Source of the DNA: the human T2T-CHM13v2.0 reference genome, Homo sapiens
Assembly: GCF_009914755.1 (NCBI RefSeq)
Contig: NC_060929.1
Direction: 5' to 3' (one strand)
Length of the DNA: 64,000 nt
A model generated the notes under the pieces. The model saw only the letters and a list, made by a program, of their open reading frames with translations, was not told the origin of the DNA and did not search any database. Below are positions 24,337 through 38,600 of the stretch, piece after piece. Both the position numbers and the translations under genes were made by a program. How positions within the stretch are numbered: position 1 is the stretch's first letter; each line of letters starts with the position of its first letter.

Positions 24337-26780
24337 GTAGGAGAGCGCTGGCATTTTTGATTTATCGTGAGATGTTTGTGTTTCTTCTTCTTTGGTTCTT
24401 GAACTGAGTGTAAAAGTAAAGTTTAATCTCAACTTAGTTGAAATAAACTTGTTTAGTTTTGCAGTGGAAGAGAATGGGGACAGGAGAGTCATATAAGGAG
24501 AATCAGGCCTAAAATGCTTCTTTCTACAGAGAAGCACCTTAATATCATCGCTTACAAAAAAAAAAACTTCTTATCACAAAGCATCTTATTGTCAGCTAAT
24601 ATATGCTGAATGTATTTGTAATTTATATATACATTAAAATTAACATTTTATTAATCTGTTTGAAATATGCTGTGTTATAAATTCTTTATGTTTAGGGCAT
24701 TAAGATGATATAAACTTTTAAAGCATCTGGACACTATGTATTGTTTCTTATAATAGTTTGATAGAACATTTTCTTTTGAAAAATCAGTTTTCTATGGTAG
24801 AAGAAACTGTGTGAAAAACAATGACTTATTAGCACACAATTTAAAGTATCTAGTTTAAAGCACTGTGTAAAGCACAGAAACCAGAACAAAAGATGAAATT
24901 AGATGCTTTTTCTATCCATACGGTGTTCATAGTCTAGAAAAGTAGATGTACATATAAATAACTAATTCAGTGTGATGTGTGAACATAGACCATTTGCAAA
25001 CTACTCTGTGAAAATAGATGAAGGCTTAATTCATTTTTTTCATTTTTCTCTGAAGGTCAAGAAAGTCTTCATAGAGGAGATGATATTGAGCTGGGACTCA
25101 AATGAGTGAAAATTCAGTTTGTTGTTAAGGACTAAAAAGGGCCTAGACATTTATATAGGCAAAGGAAAAAAAGCATAATCACTTCTACTTTAAGGCTGAA
25201 ATTATAGATCCAGGCAGAAAGAATATTCTATATAATGCTCTTATGGAGATAATTTTTAATATTGTTTTATAAAATTAAAAAATCCCACTTTTCTGGATGG
25301 GGAGACACTTCTGCAATGCAGACAATACTCTATTGATTGGGTGCTGGTCATATGTGTGTATTGAATTTGTGTGTATTTATTGTGCTGTAGACATGATTTG
25401 CACAGTTTTTTAGAATGCTAAAGTGCATTTATTGAACTCTGGATAGAACTTGAAAAAAATAGCGTTTGTGGTGGAGCTGAAATATAAAATGGAAAATTAT
25501 CTTAAACATTGGGATTCTGTCACCCTTTTTTGTTCTAGGAGTGAAAATGACTGTAAATTCCATAACTCTGTTTTTCAGGGAATAATTAAGTGCTGGATTC
25601 TAAGCAGAGGTCTCTGATTGGTTTTTTAAAGGCCCTATGAGCTATGAGAAGTAGCAGTGGTTACCAAAGGGGCTTGCTTTGAATTTCACAAGGCTATTTA
25701 TATTGCCTTTGTAACCTGCCTTAGCTGTCTGATCTCGCCTTTGCTTCTTGAATCTAAGATCTTAGAAAACCCGCCTTCCATAATTAGAGTTTACTTGGCT
25801 TTATTCACCACCCACTCTGGTGATTTTTTGGCAGCAGAATTTGTACAAGACTTAATTATAGCACTATAGAATTACAGACAGCTCTTCAGTGTCCTAGCAG
25901 ACAAATTTGCTCGTGTCTAGGGATGTGAAAGACAAAACCAGGATTTCTATGTTGGAGCACTGACTTTTGATTCATATTGTACTTAACATTAATTTTGGAC
26001 AAAACGGTTAGTCATATCCATGTTTTTCAGTATATTTTTAGAATACATGAAACAATGTGGCATGAAAAATCATGTAGTGTATGACTTGTGACATGAAATA
26101 ACTAAAAAAGTATTTTCATAGCTCTTTTTTGGCAGGAAGAATTGGTATGTTATTGATAGAAAATAGTTTATTTCAAAATGCTTTATCTACTTAGATTTAA
26201 CAATACCCTCTGAGTTAAGAATAGTTATCTCCCTTAAAACCTTTTAGCTAAGGCTTTAAAAAATTCTTAGACCCCCCAAAACAAGAAGCTGACTACAGTA
26301 AGTTGGGCTCCCACCCTATCTAAATTTTAAAGTCATGTTTATAGCTCCAGTTATAGAATCTTGCCAACAGGAGTTATTACAGTTCCAGCCTTGGATCTTT
26401 CATTTGGGATCCTCTGTCAATGTTATATTGTCATTTTTGGAGGTTAAATCAACTCTAGAGAAGTCTTAAAAAAATGCAGGCTTGGCCTGTGGTTCTTTAG
26501 CTAAGAGGGAAAATTCTATAGCTGACCTAGAGTGTTTGAGTTGTGAATACTTTGCAGACAAGTCTGCCAAGACCATTCATTTTCAAATCTTTATTAATGA
26601 ACTAGGACTAAGTAGAACGGCTTTTGTGGAGAAGGAAAGAATGGAAATGTGGTAGTCCTGGACTTCCTTTTGGAGCAGTGTGGTATAATGGGTCCGTGAA
26701 TCAGAAAGTCAGGAAAATATGCTCGTCCAGCTCTACTTTCTACTTCTAGAAATATGTAGACTATTATAACTATAATTTAT

Positions 26781-26831
<51 letters not shown>
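26781..26831. repeat. (TG)n microsatellite, one TATA interruption
   Basis: Read directly. Confidence 0.95.
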
Positions 26832-26833
<2 letters not shown>

Positions 26834-29800
26834 TTTCTTGATTGGAGGAATATAGATACAAATCCAAAGATTATTCCTGCTTTAAAAATCAAGATTCTGC
26901 TTGAATCTGGAGTTTGTCATTATAGCACCCTTGAGAATCATTGACTATAAAATATCAGTAGGTGGCAGTAGAAGATTTATTTTTCTCCCTTAAATTTATC
27001 GATCTCTCTTTAGCCATGATGGCGTTCAGTAAAAAACTTGAGAGATGCTTTCATAGTACTTCTTTAACTGGGCAAGAGGGTATTTGCAGCATAGCAAATA
27101 CACATTTGTGGTGTCCTACCTTTCTCTTTTTATCCTCTTTATTCAGAATTTAATTAAATGCAAATGTACCATAAGAAAGATTGTACTCCACTGGCTTTGA
27201 ATATATCTTTCTACTGCTTATATATGTTTAAATTCAGGGACATAAAATTAGCTTCATCATTATATTTATGAGCATTAAGTGTGTTATTGATACAGAAAAA
27301 TGTTTTTATTATGTCATAGAAGCTTTGAGATAAAGGTCTCTATTTTCAGTTTATCAAAAAATGTACATATTTCTTCAATACCAAGTTATTTTTTCTCACT
27401 TATATAAATGAAAATGATTAAATGACAAGAAATTGTGGGGCTCTTCAAGTATGATGTGAAGAAACAGCAAACAAATTTTCATGGTATTGGGTGATATTTC
27501 TGAGAAAAACATCTAATTATATCTTTGGGATTTTTATCTTTGAATCACATTGCCAACCCATGTGTGCCCTGATAAGGCTGGTAAACAACTAGTGACAAAG
27601 AGCAAGTTTGCAGTTCAGGGTTCTCAGTTCTGGAGGTTCTGTCAGGAAAAGCAATCCTCCAAATCTAAAAAAAGAACAGAAGTTTCCTCATAGAAAACAT
27701 GATGAAAAGATAGAACTGTATTTACTCTGATTAATAATACTTAACAAGGGAAAATATTTGTTTTTCTTCTCTATGGTTTGTTATTTGTACAGCATAAACA
27801 CATTTTCTGAAACTAAATAGCAAATTCATCTAGAAATGTGTATAAGTCCGTACATTAACCGCAAGACTATAGCTTAGGGGTCTATTCTCTGGAATTTAAA
27901 AAAGTTGGACTGTTACTGTCTTTTGATCACTTTCTCATTCTGCAACATTTTGGGATGTCATTTTGCAATGTCCTGTTTCCCAGGGAGGATCCTACTCAGA
28001 CACCCTTGCGAAAAGATTCTGCTTTAATCTGGAATTATGTCATTCTCGCTTTGAGTACCTAGCATCTTTGGGAATCTTTGTGCATGACTAAAGGCAGAAG
28101 TCCTGTGTGACTTCCCAAATGCTGGCTCCTTCTGGATACTATGAATCCTGGTTTCTGTTCCAGCAGCTTGCGCTGCTTTGTTGAGATTGCCAACTCAAGA
28201 AAGTCATTGTGTGAGTAAGGCTTGAAGACACATATGTAACAAGCATATTTTAATCAACTGAAGCAGAGTAAGATAGAGATGGTAAAATGTTCATCAGTCA
28301 GAAAAGAATTTTCCTTAGTTGGAAGTTTTTGTTAATCACTTATTAACCAGAATATCCTTTGTTATTTCTACTTTTTTGCTGAATAAAAAAGTATGTAAGC
28401 GTTTAAGTACAAGGATCAAAATTAAATCTTGCTTTGAAGATTAGGAAATTGAGAAGCAGAGGGTCATTTTTCAGTAGAACATTTATGATTATATGTTAGT
28501 GGAGATATAAATGGATCAAGAAAGTAGCAAGGAAAGTGTTTCCTAAACTTCAATGCAGGCATCTTGTTAAAATTCAGGTAGTGCATCAGTGAGTCTATGG
28601 CGGGTTTCCGGATCCTACTTGTTAAGTAAGGTATTAGATTAGCTATATTATGACCCCAAAACATCTCTGGTTGTTGTTGTTGTTGCTGCCACTGTTGCTG
28701 TTATTATTATTACTAAATCCATATAATCAAGCTATTTTTCTTAGTATGAAATTTTATTTAAGAAATCCCATTAATTAATTTTTTTAGTTTCATTTCAAAT
28801 ATTATTGCCTTTAAAACGACTGCACACTTGTATCTTTCCCTCATTAATGAAAGGCTGCTGCTGTGTCCTTCTGATTTTTTTTATTTCTTTTTTCTAAGAA
28901 AGGGAAAGGTCCTTAGGCAAGTGGACTAAGAGATAATTTAGAGTATGAACAAGGCCTTTATTCTGGTCATTCTCATAGCATTTGACAATTTGTAAAACTT
29001 CTCAGTGTTGTTTTGGACATAAAATAAACTACTAGAAAGAAGATATAACTAGTTCCCCTGCCCCAAGTTCATTCTTTTCTACCAAGATCCTGTAGGTGCC
29101 CTCCCCCCGCTAGAATAATATTGAGTATGTAAGCCTTTTTTTTTTTTTTGTACAATTAACTGTATTTAAATGTGTCTTTATGTAGAGATTGGGGTATTTA
29201 ACTGTATCTTTTCTTCATGTAGAGATTAGTTGGGTGAATATGAATAAAGACATTCTGCACACAGATATGAATATACATTTAAGTTGAATTTATTAAACTA
29301 TTTGACTCAATTTAGGTATGCTCAATGGCATGGTGAAAATATTATTACATTCATGACTGAGTGACCATTCAACATTCAATTGTGAAATTAAACCAAAAAA
29401 CTGAGCCAGACCCGCATCTCAGGTCAAGACCATTATTCATCCAGCAGTTCGACCACTTCCATCTCATCTATCATATGTACAATATTAAGATTGCGCAATG
29501 AGAAATACCAAGCAAGATGCATACATGCACACAAAGCGTGTAAATAATAACCTAAAGCACTAACCTCATAGTAAGAACCAAGTATATACAGAGAAAAAAA
29601 TCTCTTCCTCTGTAGTACTGCATAGGCTGAGAATAAGGGACCCCAGTTTGCAAAGTCTCTGTGGAGGAAATGGAATCTGACCTGGTTGTTGAAGAATGTA
29701 TAAGATTTGAAGACTTGGAATGTGACACATTCTAGGCAAGGAAAAGAACAAGAACAAAGACATCTAAGTTATAGTGATCCTGGCTGCTTTCACTTGAGTA

Positions 29801-30249
29801 AGGCTTGCAGATCCCACAGAGAAATAGGTAAGTTTTGACTGCAGGTGAGGCAGCTTCCCATTGTCTGAGAACCATGAGGAGTTACAGAGTCACCAATGGA
29901 GTTAGTCCAAAAAGTCACAATATGAAAGGAGTATTTTTAAGGATTGATCTGGCAATGAAGGATTAAAGGAAAAATGGACTAAAGAAGGTAAGAGACTCTA
30001 ATTAGGGAGAGTAGAGAGGTTGGGTGGACTGCTTTTACCATCATCCGATTAGGATGGGTTCTGAGCTTAGACAGTGGTAATGGCAATGAGAATTCAAAGG
30101 AAGGAATAAGGACTAATAAAAATATCTTATTTTGCCTTATTAAATTTCTGCACTTTTCTTGTCTGTCTTTAAATCAATAAAAAAGCCACATTGCAAATTT
30201 TATTTACTAAACATTAATGTAATATTTATTACATATTACAGGAGGTAGA

Positions 30250-30410
30250 GATTATGAGGTAGGTACTAATATTATTCTCATTTTACAGATTAGGAAATTG
30301 TGACATAAAGAGTTTAATTACTTGCCATAGGTCACATAGTGGTAAGTAACAGAACTAGTATTTGAACACAGCAGCCAGCCTCCAGTCATTTTTAAAACTG
30401 CTATACTAAG
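30250..30410 (-). mobile_element. MIR SINE
   Basis: tatgaggtaggtactaatattattctcattttacagattaggaaattgtgac...acttgccataggtcacatag...tttgaacacag. Confidence 0.85.
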
Positions 30411-32908
30411 TTGCTTCATAAATGAGGAATTAATGAAATTTACTCTGTCACCAAATGAGAGAGAAGATTTTTAAGGTGACTGTGAAACTAGTGGTTTCAT
30501 TTGACTTAAATATGAAAGTGGAAAGGTTTAATAATTGGAGAACGATATGTGCAATTTTGAGCATGAGGGGTTTAAGGTTTCCATAGCATGGAGATTTAGA
30601 TGTTATCTACATAAATGTACAGCTTCTTGACACTTTAAAATAGGTTCTCTGAGACAGGTTGGGTAGAGAACCTGTGTATATAGAATACATATAACTAATG
30701 TCATTAAGGGCTGGGCTTTGTGGCACTGAATTTAGTGATTTACACATATTGCATTATTTACTCTTATAACAACCAGATGAGATGGGTACTGTTATCATCC
30801 CTAAAGAGACTAAGAGATATTCAGTTACCTACCCTAACTTACATAGGTAGAACATTGAAGGAAGAAGAATTTGAAGCCAGATGTGTCTGGCTCCAAAACT
30901 CACGTATTTAGAGACCACGCTATGTGGAATGAGAAGGATCACTACAAGAGGATTGGAAAATGTTAAAGTTTTTGAAGCCAAAGAAGGAAAAAGGTTTCAA
31001 ATGGAAAGATTTGAGCATCATGAGGAGATTAGTCCTCAAATTTGGCAAGAACAAGGTCCCTGGAAACTTGGAGAGAAATGATGAAAATTAGAAAAGGTTA
31101 AAGAGTAAATGGATAGGAAGAAAATGGATGAGGCTACCAGACCACACCTGTGAAGTTTGTCAATGAAAGAAGAAGGCAATCAAAGCACAGGAAGTGGGGA
31201 ACAATTCTGGTGGCTCTGATCATAGGTTTGCTGCAGGGAATCTGGGCCCTGGGGCTGCCACACAAGGGGCAGGTCTCCCCCATCTCCTCCACTAATATTT
31301 TCTTTCCTTGAAAGAGAACTTCCTGTTGAAGTTTGTTGAAAGGGTAATAGGAATTAGTAAGTTTCTCTTTGATCCATGTGTTTATTTATATGTTGTGATT
31401 AATTTGAATTTTTTAGGTCTAGGCAAGTGACTCCCTGCTAATGCACCTAACTTAATCACCTTATATCTAGGAGAAAATTAGAGCTGTAGTTTGAGCTTTC
31501 TTTTTGCATTTCTTGAATCCAAATTTCTGTGATGGCCTTATATTTTTGGTATTGTTACTATTGAACTTTATGTAAACTTGCAATCAATCATGAAACAAAT
31601 TTATAATTAGCAATTATCAAATAATTATATAAGTCATTCTACAACCAAAAATATTAATATTATGCTATTCACAAGTGTGTGCTTTGGAGGATTACAATGA
31701 TTTTGGTACTCAAAATAGAGTGAAATTTGCATATTAAGGTATTGAATTCCCCAAAAAAATATTATTTTATTTTTGCTTTCTTTTTATTTAAGGCTACATT
31801 TTCCTTTATGTATCAAATTTGTCTTTCTTAAAGTCTCTTAATAATAAAATCGAATTCCTTTTCCTCAACAAGCTTTCAAAATTCAGCTCAAATAGACTGT
31901 TCTCACTACATTGAAAATAAGTGGACACTAAAGATACAAAAATAGTATCATGGTCACAATACTGGGAAATTCAGACTTTCCCAAGTGCTGAAGTAGCAAA
32001 GCAACAGAAAGAGTGAGTAATATTCTGAATGAGGCTACAGTGACATTATCATGTTTGCAACATAGCTTTCGTTACTAGGAAAATTTGTGAGGCAAATCCA
32101 GACTTTACCAAAAAATACCAGTTTGGAACCTTTTATTACAGCTTCAGTAACATAAACTATCCTTGACCTTTAAAAGCCTTCCTTCCTTGATGTCCCTGAC
32201 TAGGCAAAAGCAACATATGAAAAAAGTTGTTTTTATGAATATTTAATGAGAGCTCTAAAGAACTGTAACAGATATGGAGCGTAGGGGGAAGTGTCTCAGT
32301 TTTGGAATTAGAGAGACTGATGGGGTAACATCTGTCAACTACAGTGGAAAAAAAATCACTAGGAAAATAATAAGAATGCCTGATTTGCAGCATTGTTGAG
32401 AAGATACATAGTGGATCATGTTCAAATGCCCAAGACACAAGATCCGAGGAAGGAGATTTCAGAAGAGGAGGGCAAGGAGGATTCCTGCTACCTCACGACA
32501 TGCAGAGGCCCTTCAGGTTCTGCCCTGAGTTGAACACTGAATCCTTCCAGAGAACCTGAGCCCCTGAGCCTGCTTTTCTGTGCTTCAGGCTTTCTTAAAT
32601 CAGCTGCAAGGGAGGGGAGAATTTGGGGCCCCACCCTTTTTCAATAATTGGCTCTGTCAAGCCTGTAACTGTGCCTTTCCTTGTACTATAGGTAATGTAG
32701 ACCATGAAATTTGTTTCCGTTGGTCTGCATTATCTGTAATGGACATCATCAGTAATTTTGTTTATAGTTTTTAAGAGTTTTTTTTCCCTGATCTGAGTAT
32801 TTTCTAAGTGTTTGTGTCCTCATTGCTTGTGTTGAATTGTTATAACCTTAAAAATTGGATATATATAATATGCTTGCCTATCTAGAAAATTATACATATG
32901 GTATGAGC

Positions 32909-32909
<1 letters not shown>

Positions 32910-32944
<35 letters not shown>
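32910..32944. repeat. (TG)n microsatellite
   Basis: Read directly. Confidence 0.95.
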
Positions 32945-32946
<2 letters not shown>

Positions 32947-34097
32947 ATTTGAAATTTGAAATAGACTTATATTTTGAAATACAGAGATACTTGGCTCCAT
33001 AGCTGAAGGGCTAGAGCACTGGTCTTGTGAAAATACAGAGACACTTATTTAATGAAACAGTACTGCTAAGGACGATGATAAACACTTGATAAGTTAATTC
33101 CAGCACTCTATGGCATAGTCAGTATATGTATTATTGCCTCTGCATTGTGTGTAAGAAATCTGAGACACTAAACAATTCTGTGACTTGCCCCAGGTCTCAG
33201 ATCAAGTAAGTCTATCTCCAAAGGGTGTTTCCATAACCCCTTCTCCACCCCTTTACAGAGGAGCCCTCAGAGACCCCGGTAGTGCTTCTTCCCTCCACTT
33301 CCTTGGAGCCTAATAGCATGGTCTTCTTGCAGACAGTTTTAACATTTACTCTGTTACTATAGTAAGCATGCTAGAACTAAAGACTTCTCTTTAGTTTCCT
33401 TTGTAACTCTGTGAAATCTTGCTTCCTTCTGTGAAACTTTTTAATGAGTGGTCCTTACAAAATTGGTTTTTAGATTTACATTGACCTAAACCCCAGGAAG
33501 TTGTGTCTCCTGAGCTTTATCTGCTTGCTGTACAGCAGAGTGCCTTTTATGTAGTTGCCTACCTGCCTGGCTGAACTTTAAGCTCCCAAGGGAAGAAACT
33601 GTTCTTTTTCATATATCACATCCAATGCCAAAAGGTAAAAGACCAAAATAACATCAGTCACAAAGACAGGGCAGCCTTTCCTATAGGCTAGTTGTGTGCA
33701 GTCTAGAACTGCCTTTCTGGCAGAGCCCTATTCAGATACCATCTTTCGGGAACATACACTCTGTGTTCTGCCAGGATGGGGGAGGAGCTTGGTTTCAGGC
33801 ACTATGTTTTGGTTGTAAGGGCGCATGTTATTGCCAAACTGAAACATGTCAAATATCAACAACCAAGTGGGTTTTGTGGTCACATTTCATCTGTAGATGA
33901 TGGCATGTGCAAGTGATTTTATGGGGTTTGATGTGGAAACTATGAGAAATTCCACAACTCCAGAGTGCACCTCTAAGCCCCAACCCCCCGTTTATTCTCG
34001 CTCTTCTGCAAGACAGAGATCAAGGTTGAATGAAAATCTTGAGTACAAATTCTCAATTTTTGCATTTTTAAAAACTTTTAAAGTATAGATTTCTTTA

Positions 34098-34296
<199 letters not shown>

Positions 34297-34369
34297 TTAG
34301 TTAACCATATTTGGGAATTAAATGCTTTTCTACTGTCTGTTTTTTGGGTTTATCCCATTTGTGATCCCT

Positions 34370-35040
34370 TCTGTCAATTGTCACCATTATCTTGCTCACC
34401 TAAGCCACCTTTCTTCTTTTATGGACTCCAAACTCTTCCCTGTGGTCTTAACCTGACCCCTTTCTCCATAGTCTGTTCTCTCAGCAGCAGGAGTGGTCCT
34501 TTTAAAGACTAAATTGACTCTAATCATTTTCCCTAAAACTTTTTGGTGTCTTCCTATTGCACATAACAGAGGGACTCTGACCTCCATCTCCCTCAGGCTC
34601 AGTCTCTGCCCATTCTCTGATCTCATCTTCTACCACCTCCCCGTTCACCCAGCACAGCCACAGTGGGCACAGTTCTTTAAATATGCCCAGCTTCTTCTTG
34701 TCCTACATCCTGTGTTCTAGTTAATACCTAAGCCTGGAAAGTTCTGCCCCAGTGTTTTGCTCATCCGTATTTCCATTTATACAGCATTGACTCACTCAAC
34801 TCTTACGTTACCACCTCAGAGTGGCCTCCGCAAGAAGACCCACCCCTACGGGGTCTCATCACTGTTATGTTTATTCATATCATATATCCATATCTAAATT
34901 TTCTTGTTCATGTATTGTATTCTGTCTCCTTTTCCCCTTTCTAATGGAATGTCAACTCCATTAGATCAGGAATTGCCTGTCTTGTTCATTGCTGTTTCTA
35001 GCACTCATAAAAAGCTTTTTGGCTCATACTAGATTTTCAA
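34370..35040 (+). mobile_element. L2 LINE 3' region
   Basis: tctgttctctcagcagcaggagtggtccttttaaa...gaatgtcaactccattagatcagg...tgtcttgttcattgctgt. Confidence 0.7.
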
Positions 35041-35057
35041 TTTAAAAAACTGGTTAA

Positions 35058-35359
<302 letters not shown>

Positions 35360-35511
35360 CCTGGTTAAATAAGAAAAACAATGAAGTTAAAAGAAATCTT
35401 AGGCTTTCTTATAAAGAGCATTCTTGGCAATCTAAAACTAACCTATCACCATTTTCTCATGAAAATAAGCACTTCCTATATTCTCAATTCCTTAAAGCAA
35501 AACAAAACCAG

Positions 35512-35667
35512 AACTGGGTATGGGGCACATGCCTGTAACCCCAGCTACTGGGAAGGCTGAGGCTAGAGGATCCCTTGAGTCCAGGAGTTTGAGCCTGCAG
35601 TGAGCTATGATTGTGAATTATGATTTCACCACTGCACTCTAGCCTGGGAAACAGAGCAAGACCCTGA
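35512..35667 (+). mobile_element. Alu monomer (FAM/FRAM-like)
   Basis: ctgggtatggggcacatgcctgtaaccccagctac...cactgcactctagcctggg...agaccctg. Confidence 0.8.
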
Positions 35668-38600
35668 ATTTAAAGCCAGAATTTTAAAGAAGAAATTATT
35701 CATATTCTTAAATGTAATCTGTAGTGATCTACATCTTTTATAAACAAATTGTATTATAATTCTTGGTTTATAATTTAGATGTGTTCAATGCAGAATTAAT
35801 TTTCCCAGAAAAGAAATGCTTATAAAGAGAAGTCAAGATCTCAAGCCAGCCACCAAAGCTTATTTGACTCTTAATCTGTCTGACTGTTCTGGATCCTAAT
35901 TGAATTTGTAACTTCTCTTCGTGTTAAAACATTCTGATTTCTAACTGGGAACTTCAAGAAAGCCCATACTGCTCCCACAGCCTCTGTTATATGGCTCTTC
36001 TTCCTTCAAAAGTCCATAGAAGCAGACTACAAGGAAACCAGGTGGTGGTGGGGTCAGGAAAGGTGAGATGGAGGGGAAGAGGGAGACTTCTGGAAACTAG
36101 CTTCCTGGGTCAGGTAGGTGCTCTGCAAATAAGTTGGATAGCAAATGGTAAGTTTTCTGAAACTTGTGGTCACAGAGTGTGCAAAGAGAATTGGCTCTTC
36201 AAGCAGCTTTAGTAACTTATTAAGAAGCAGGTTTGGAGATGAGAGAACAATTATTGGAGTACAGAAAAAGTTTTCCTAAGTAATGTCTGTGTTCCAAAGG
36301 AATGAAATTTTGTGTTAAAATTTAGATACTCCAAGATAGATAATAACTAATTGTAAAAGCTAATTTTAATAGTGTTAACTAGTAAATGTCTGTAGTGCCA
36401 AAATAATTAAAATGGGCCATTAAAATATGGCTATAAATATCAAGGTTATTACATTGTTAGTATGTTGAAATTGAGAAATGAAATACCCCAACATACTGCA
36501 GGATGTCTAGACATAATGAGCAATCCTGTCATGTTTAGGTCATGTTTATAATTGTGATTAATCTACTCTTAGTTTCTGAGTTTATTGTATCTGATACCAC
36601 ACTCCAAAAGCCTTTTAACCTATGAGTAGTTGAAAGCAGTCATTACAATGCCTGGTATTTTGTAAATAAATGGATTAATAAGATATAACAATCACAAATC
36701 CTAATCCTCCTCTCAGAAATATTTAAAAAAACTAAAATCTTTGCATTTAAGGAGCATGGTTTTGTACCTTGGAAATCTTTAAATTAAATTGTTGGTTTAA
36801 CTTTTGGAACACTTTTAAAGTGTTCAATTAAATATTTATTTTAGAAGGGCAATATAAGCATTTACAATTATATAAAAATATCCATGTAGGCACTGCTAAC
36901 ACAGTTTCTTCACTTCACAGGAGGACAAAGGCTGCAGGCATCTAAGAGATTAACCCCAGGAAGCCAGAGTAGCTGAATTGCCAGTGTTTTACCATTTATT
37001 GTTAACTCACTAGATACTCGTGAAACTCCATTAAAAAATGCCCTTGTATTATACAAACAATCCACACTTGAGCAACCTTTCACTCTAAGATTAGGAATTG
37101 CTCTTTGACAACCTTTGTCAGGGTTAATTATTGAAGACTTTTGTGTGAATTATAGGAAAGTCAGATGAGGTCAAGCAAGTCTGTCTACCACCTCCTGTTT
37201 GAGTCTTAAAGTAGCAGAAAAATCTATTCTCCAGGTAATGAAAAGAAGACCTTTTCTGAAAATTTTGTTGAAGCACAATTTAAATTTATCTCATGTTTGC
37301 AGTTATTCATTCATTGCTCCCGTTCTCCAACTATTTAGTGTCATATGTACTATGACGCAGTAATGTCATGTTATGTAAAATATAGTAATGACATAGTGAA
37401 AGACATAGTTTAGACCCTCCAGTAATTTTCTGTCTACCAGGAGGGTAATAAAGAAGTAAATAGATGAATACAGTAGAATGGTGTAAGCATATAATAGCAG
37501 TCTGTACAGCATATAGTGGGAACCAAAAAAGAGTTATTAATTCTATCCAGGTTGAGGAGTGGAGTCAGGAAAATCTTATAGCAATAAAAATGCTTAGCTG
37601 TCTTGAAAGATGAGATGTCTTCACCAGGAAGAATCTACATATAATTAAAAGACAGACATTAGTAAAGGCAGAGGAATGGGCAGTATCTGGCAGGATTAGT
37701 GACGCAAAAAGGATTGCTCTACCTTGGATTATGTTCTGTTTAGTTTGCAAGGAATCTGGGTTGGTTCAACTGGTTAAGAGCTGATGGTGAGGAAAGGAGA
37801 GCTACTCCTGGGCAGACCTGTTGGAAAAGTAGAATAGTCGCCAGACCTGAGCAGAACTGATGTATGGAGGAGCAACAGAAAATGAGAATTTTTTGGAAAG
37901 AATTTGGGTTCCACAGATACATTTTAGTGTCTCACAAGCATTTTTTTGGAAATGTGTTAACTTGTCTAATCTGAAAAGGCTGAAGTATCTAGTTCTGTAC
38001 TACTGCGTATGGAGAAATGGAAAGTTTCTGTCTGTTAGGCATCAGTAGGGTTTCAGTGTGTGGTTTTTTTTTTTTTCATTTAATGTCTCTTACAAATTTC
38101 ATATTTTAAAGAATAATTCCTCATAACATCCTCCAGTGAACCCTTTGTGATTAGTTTAAGTGAAGAGATAGGAAAAAATAGTTAGGTGTAAGGTATATTT
38201 TTTCAATGCTTTTTCTTTTTTTTAATGTTATTTCAAACACAATTTACTGCTATCACATATTAAAGACTCACAAGACATAAATCAATACAACTTTACCTTT
38301 TGAAATATTTAAATTTATATAAAAATATTAACATTACCTCTTACATGCCCTTTCGTGAAATTCAGAAAAAAAAATGAAACTATTAAAACTGCAGCTGCAT
38401 GACTATGGAAAATAAATCGTGTGTATAGTTTCTGTGATATTACCCTTTGTGAATTTGCTATTGAATTCATATTCTTGAGGTAAAGATAGAGTTCAGACCT
38501 TAGAAAAATACAGTGATAATGCCACAGGAAAATATTTGTGGTGTTGTTTAAGATTCAGCGTGTGTAACTCTTTTCTAGGTTATTAATAGGCTTGGGAAAA

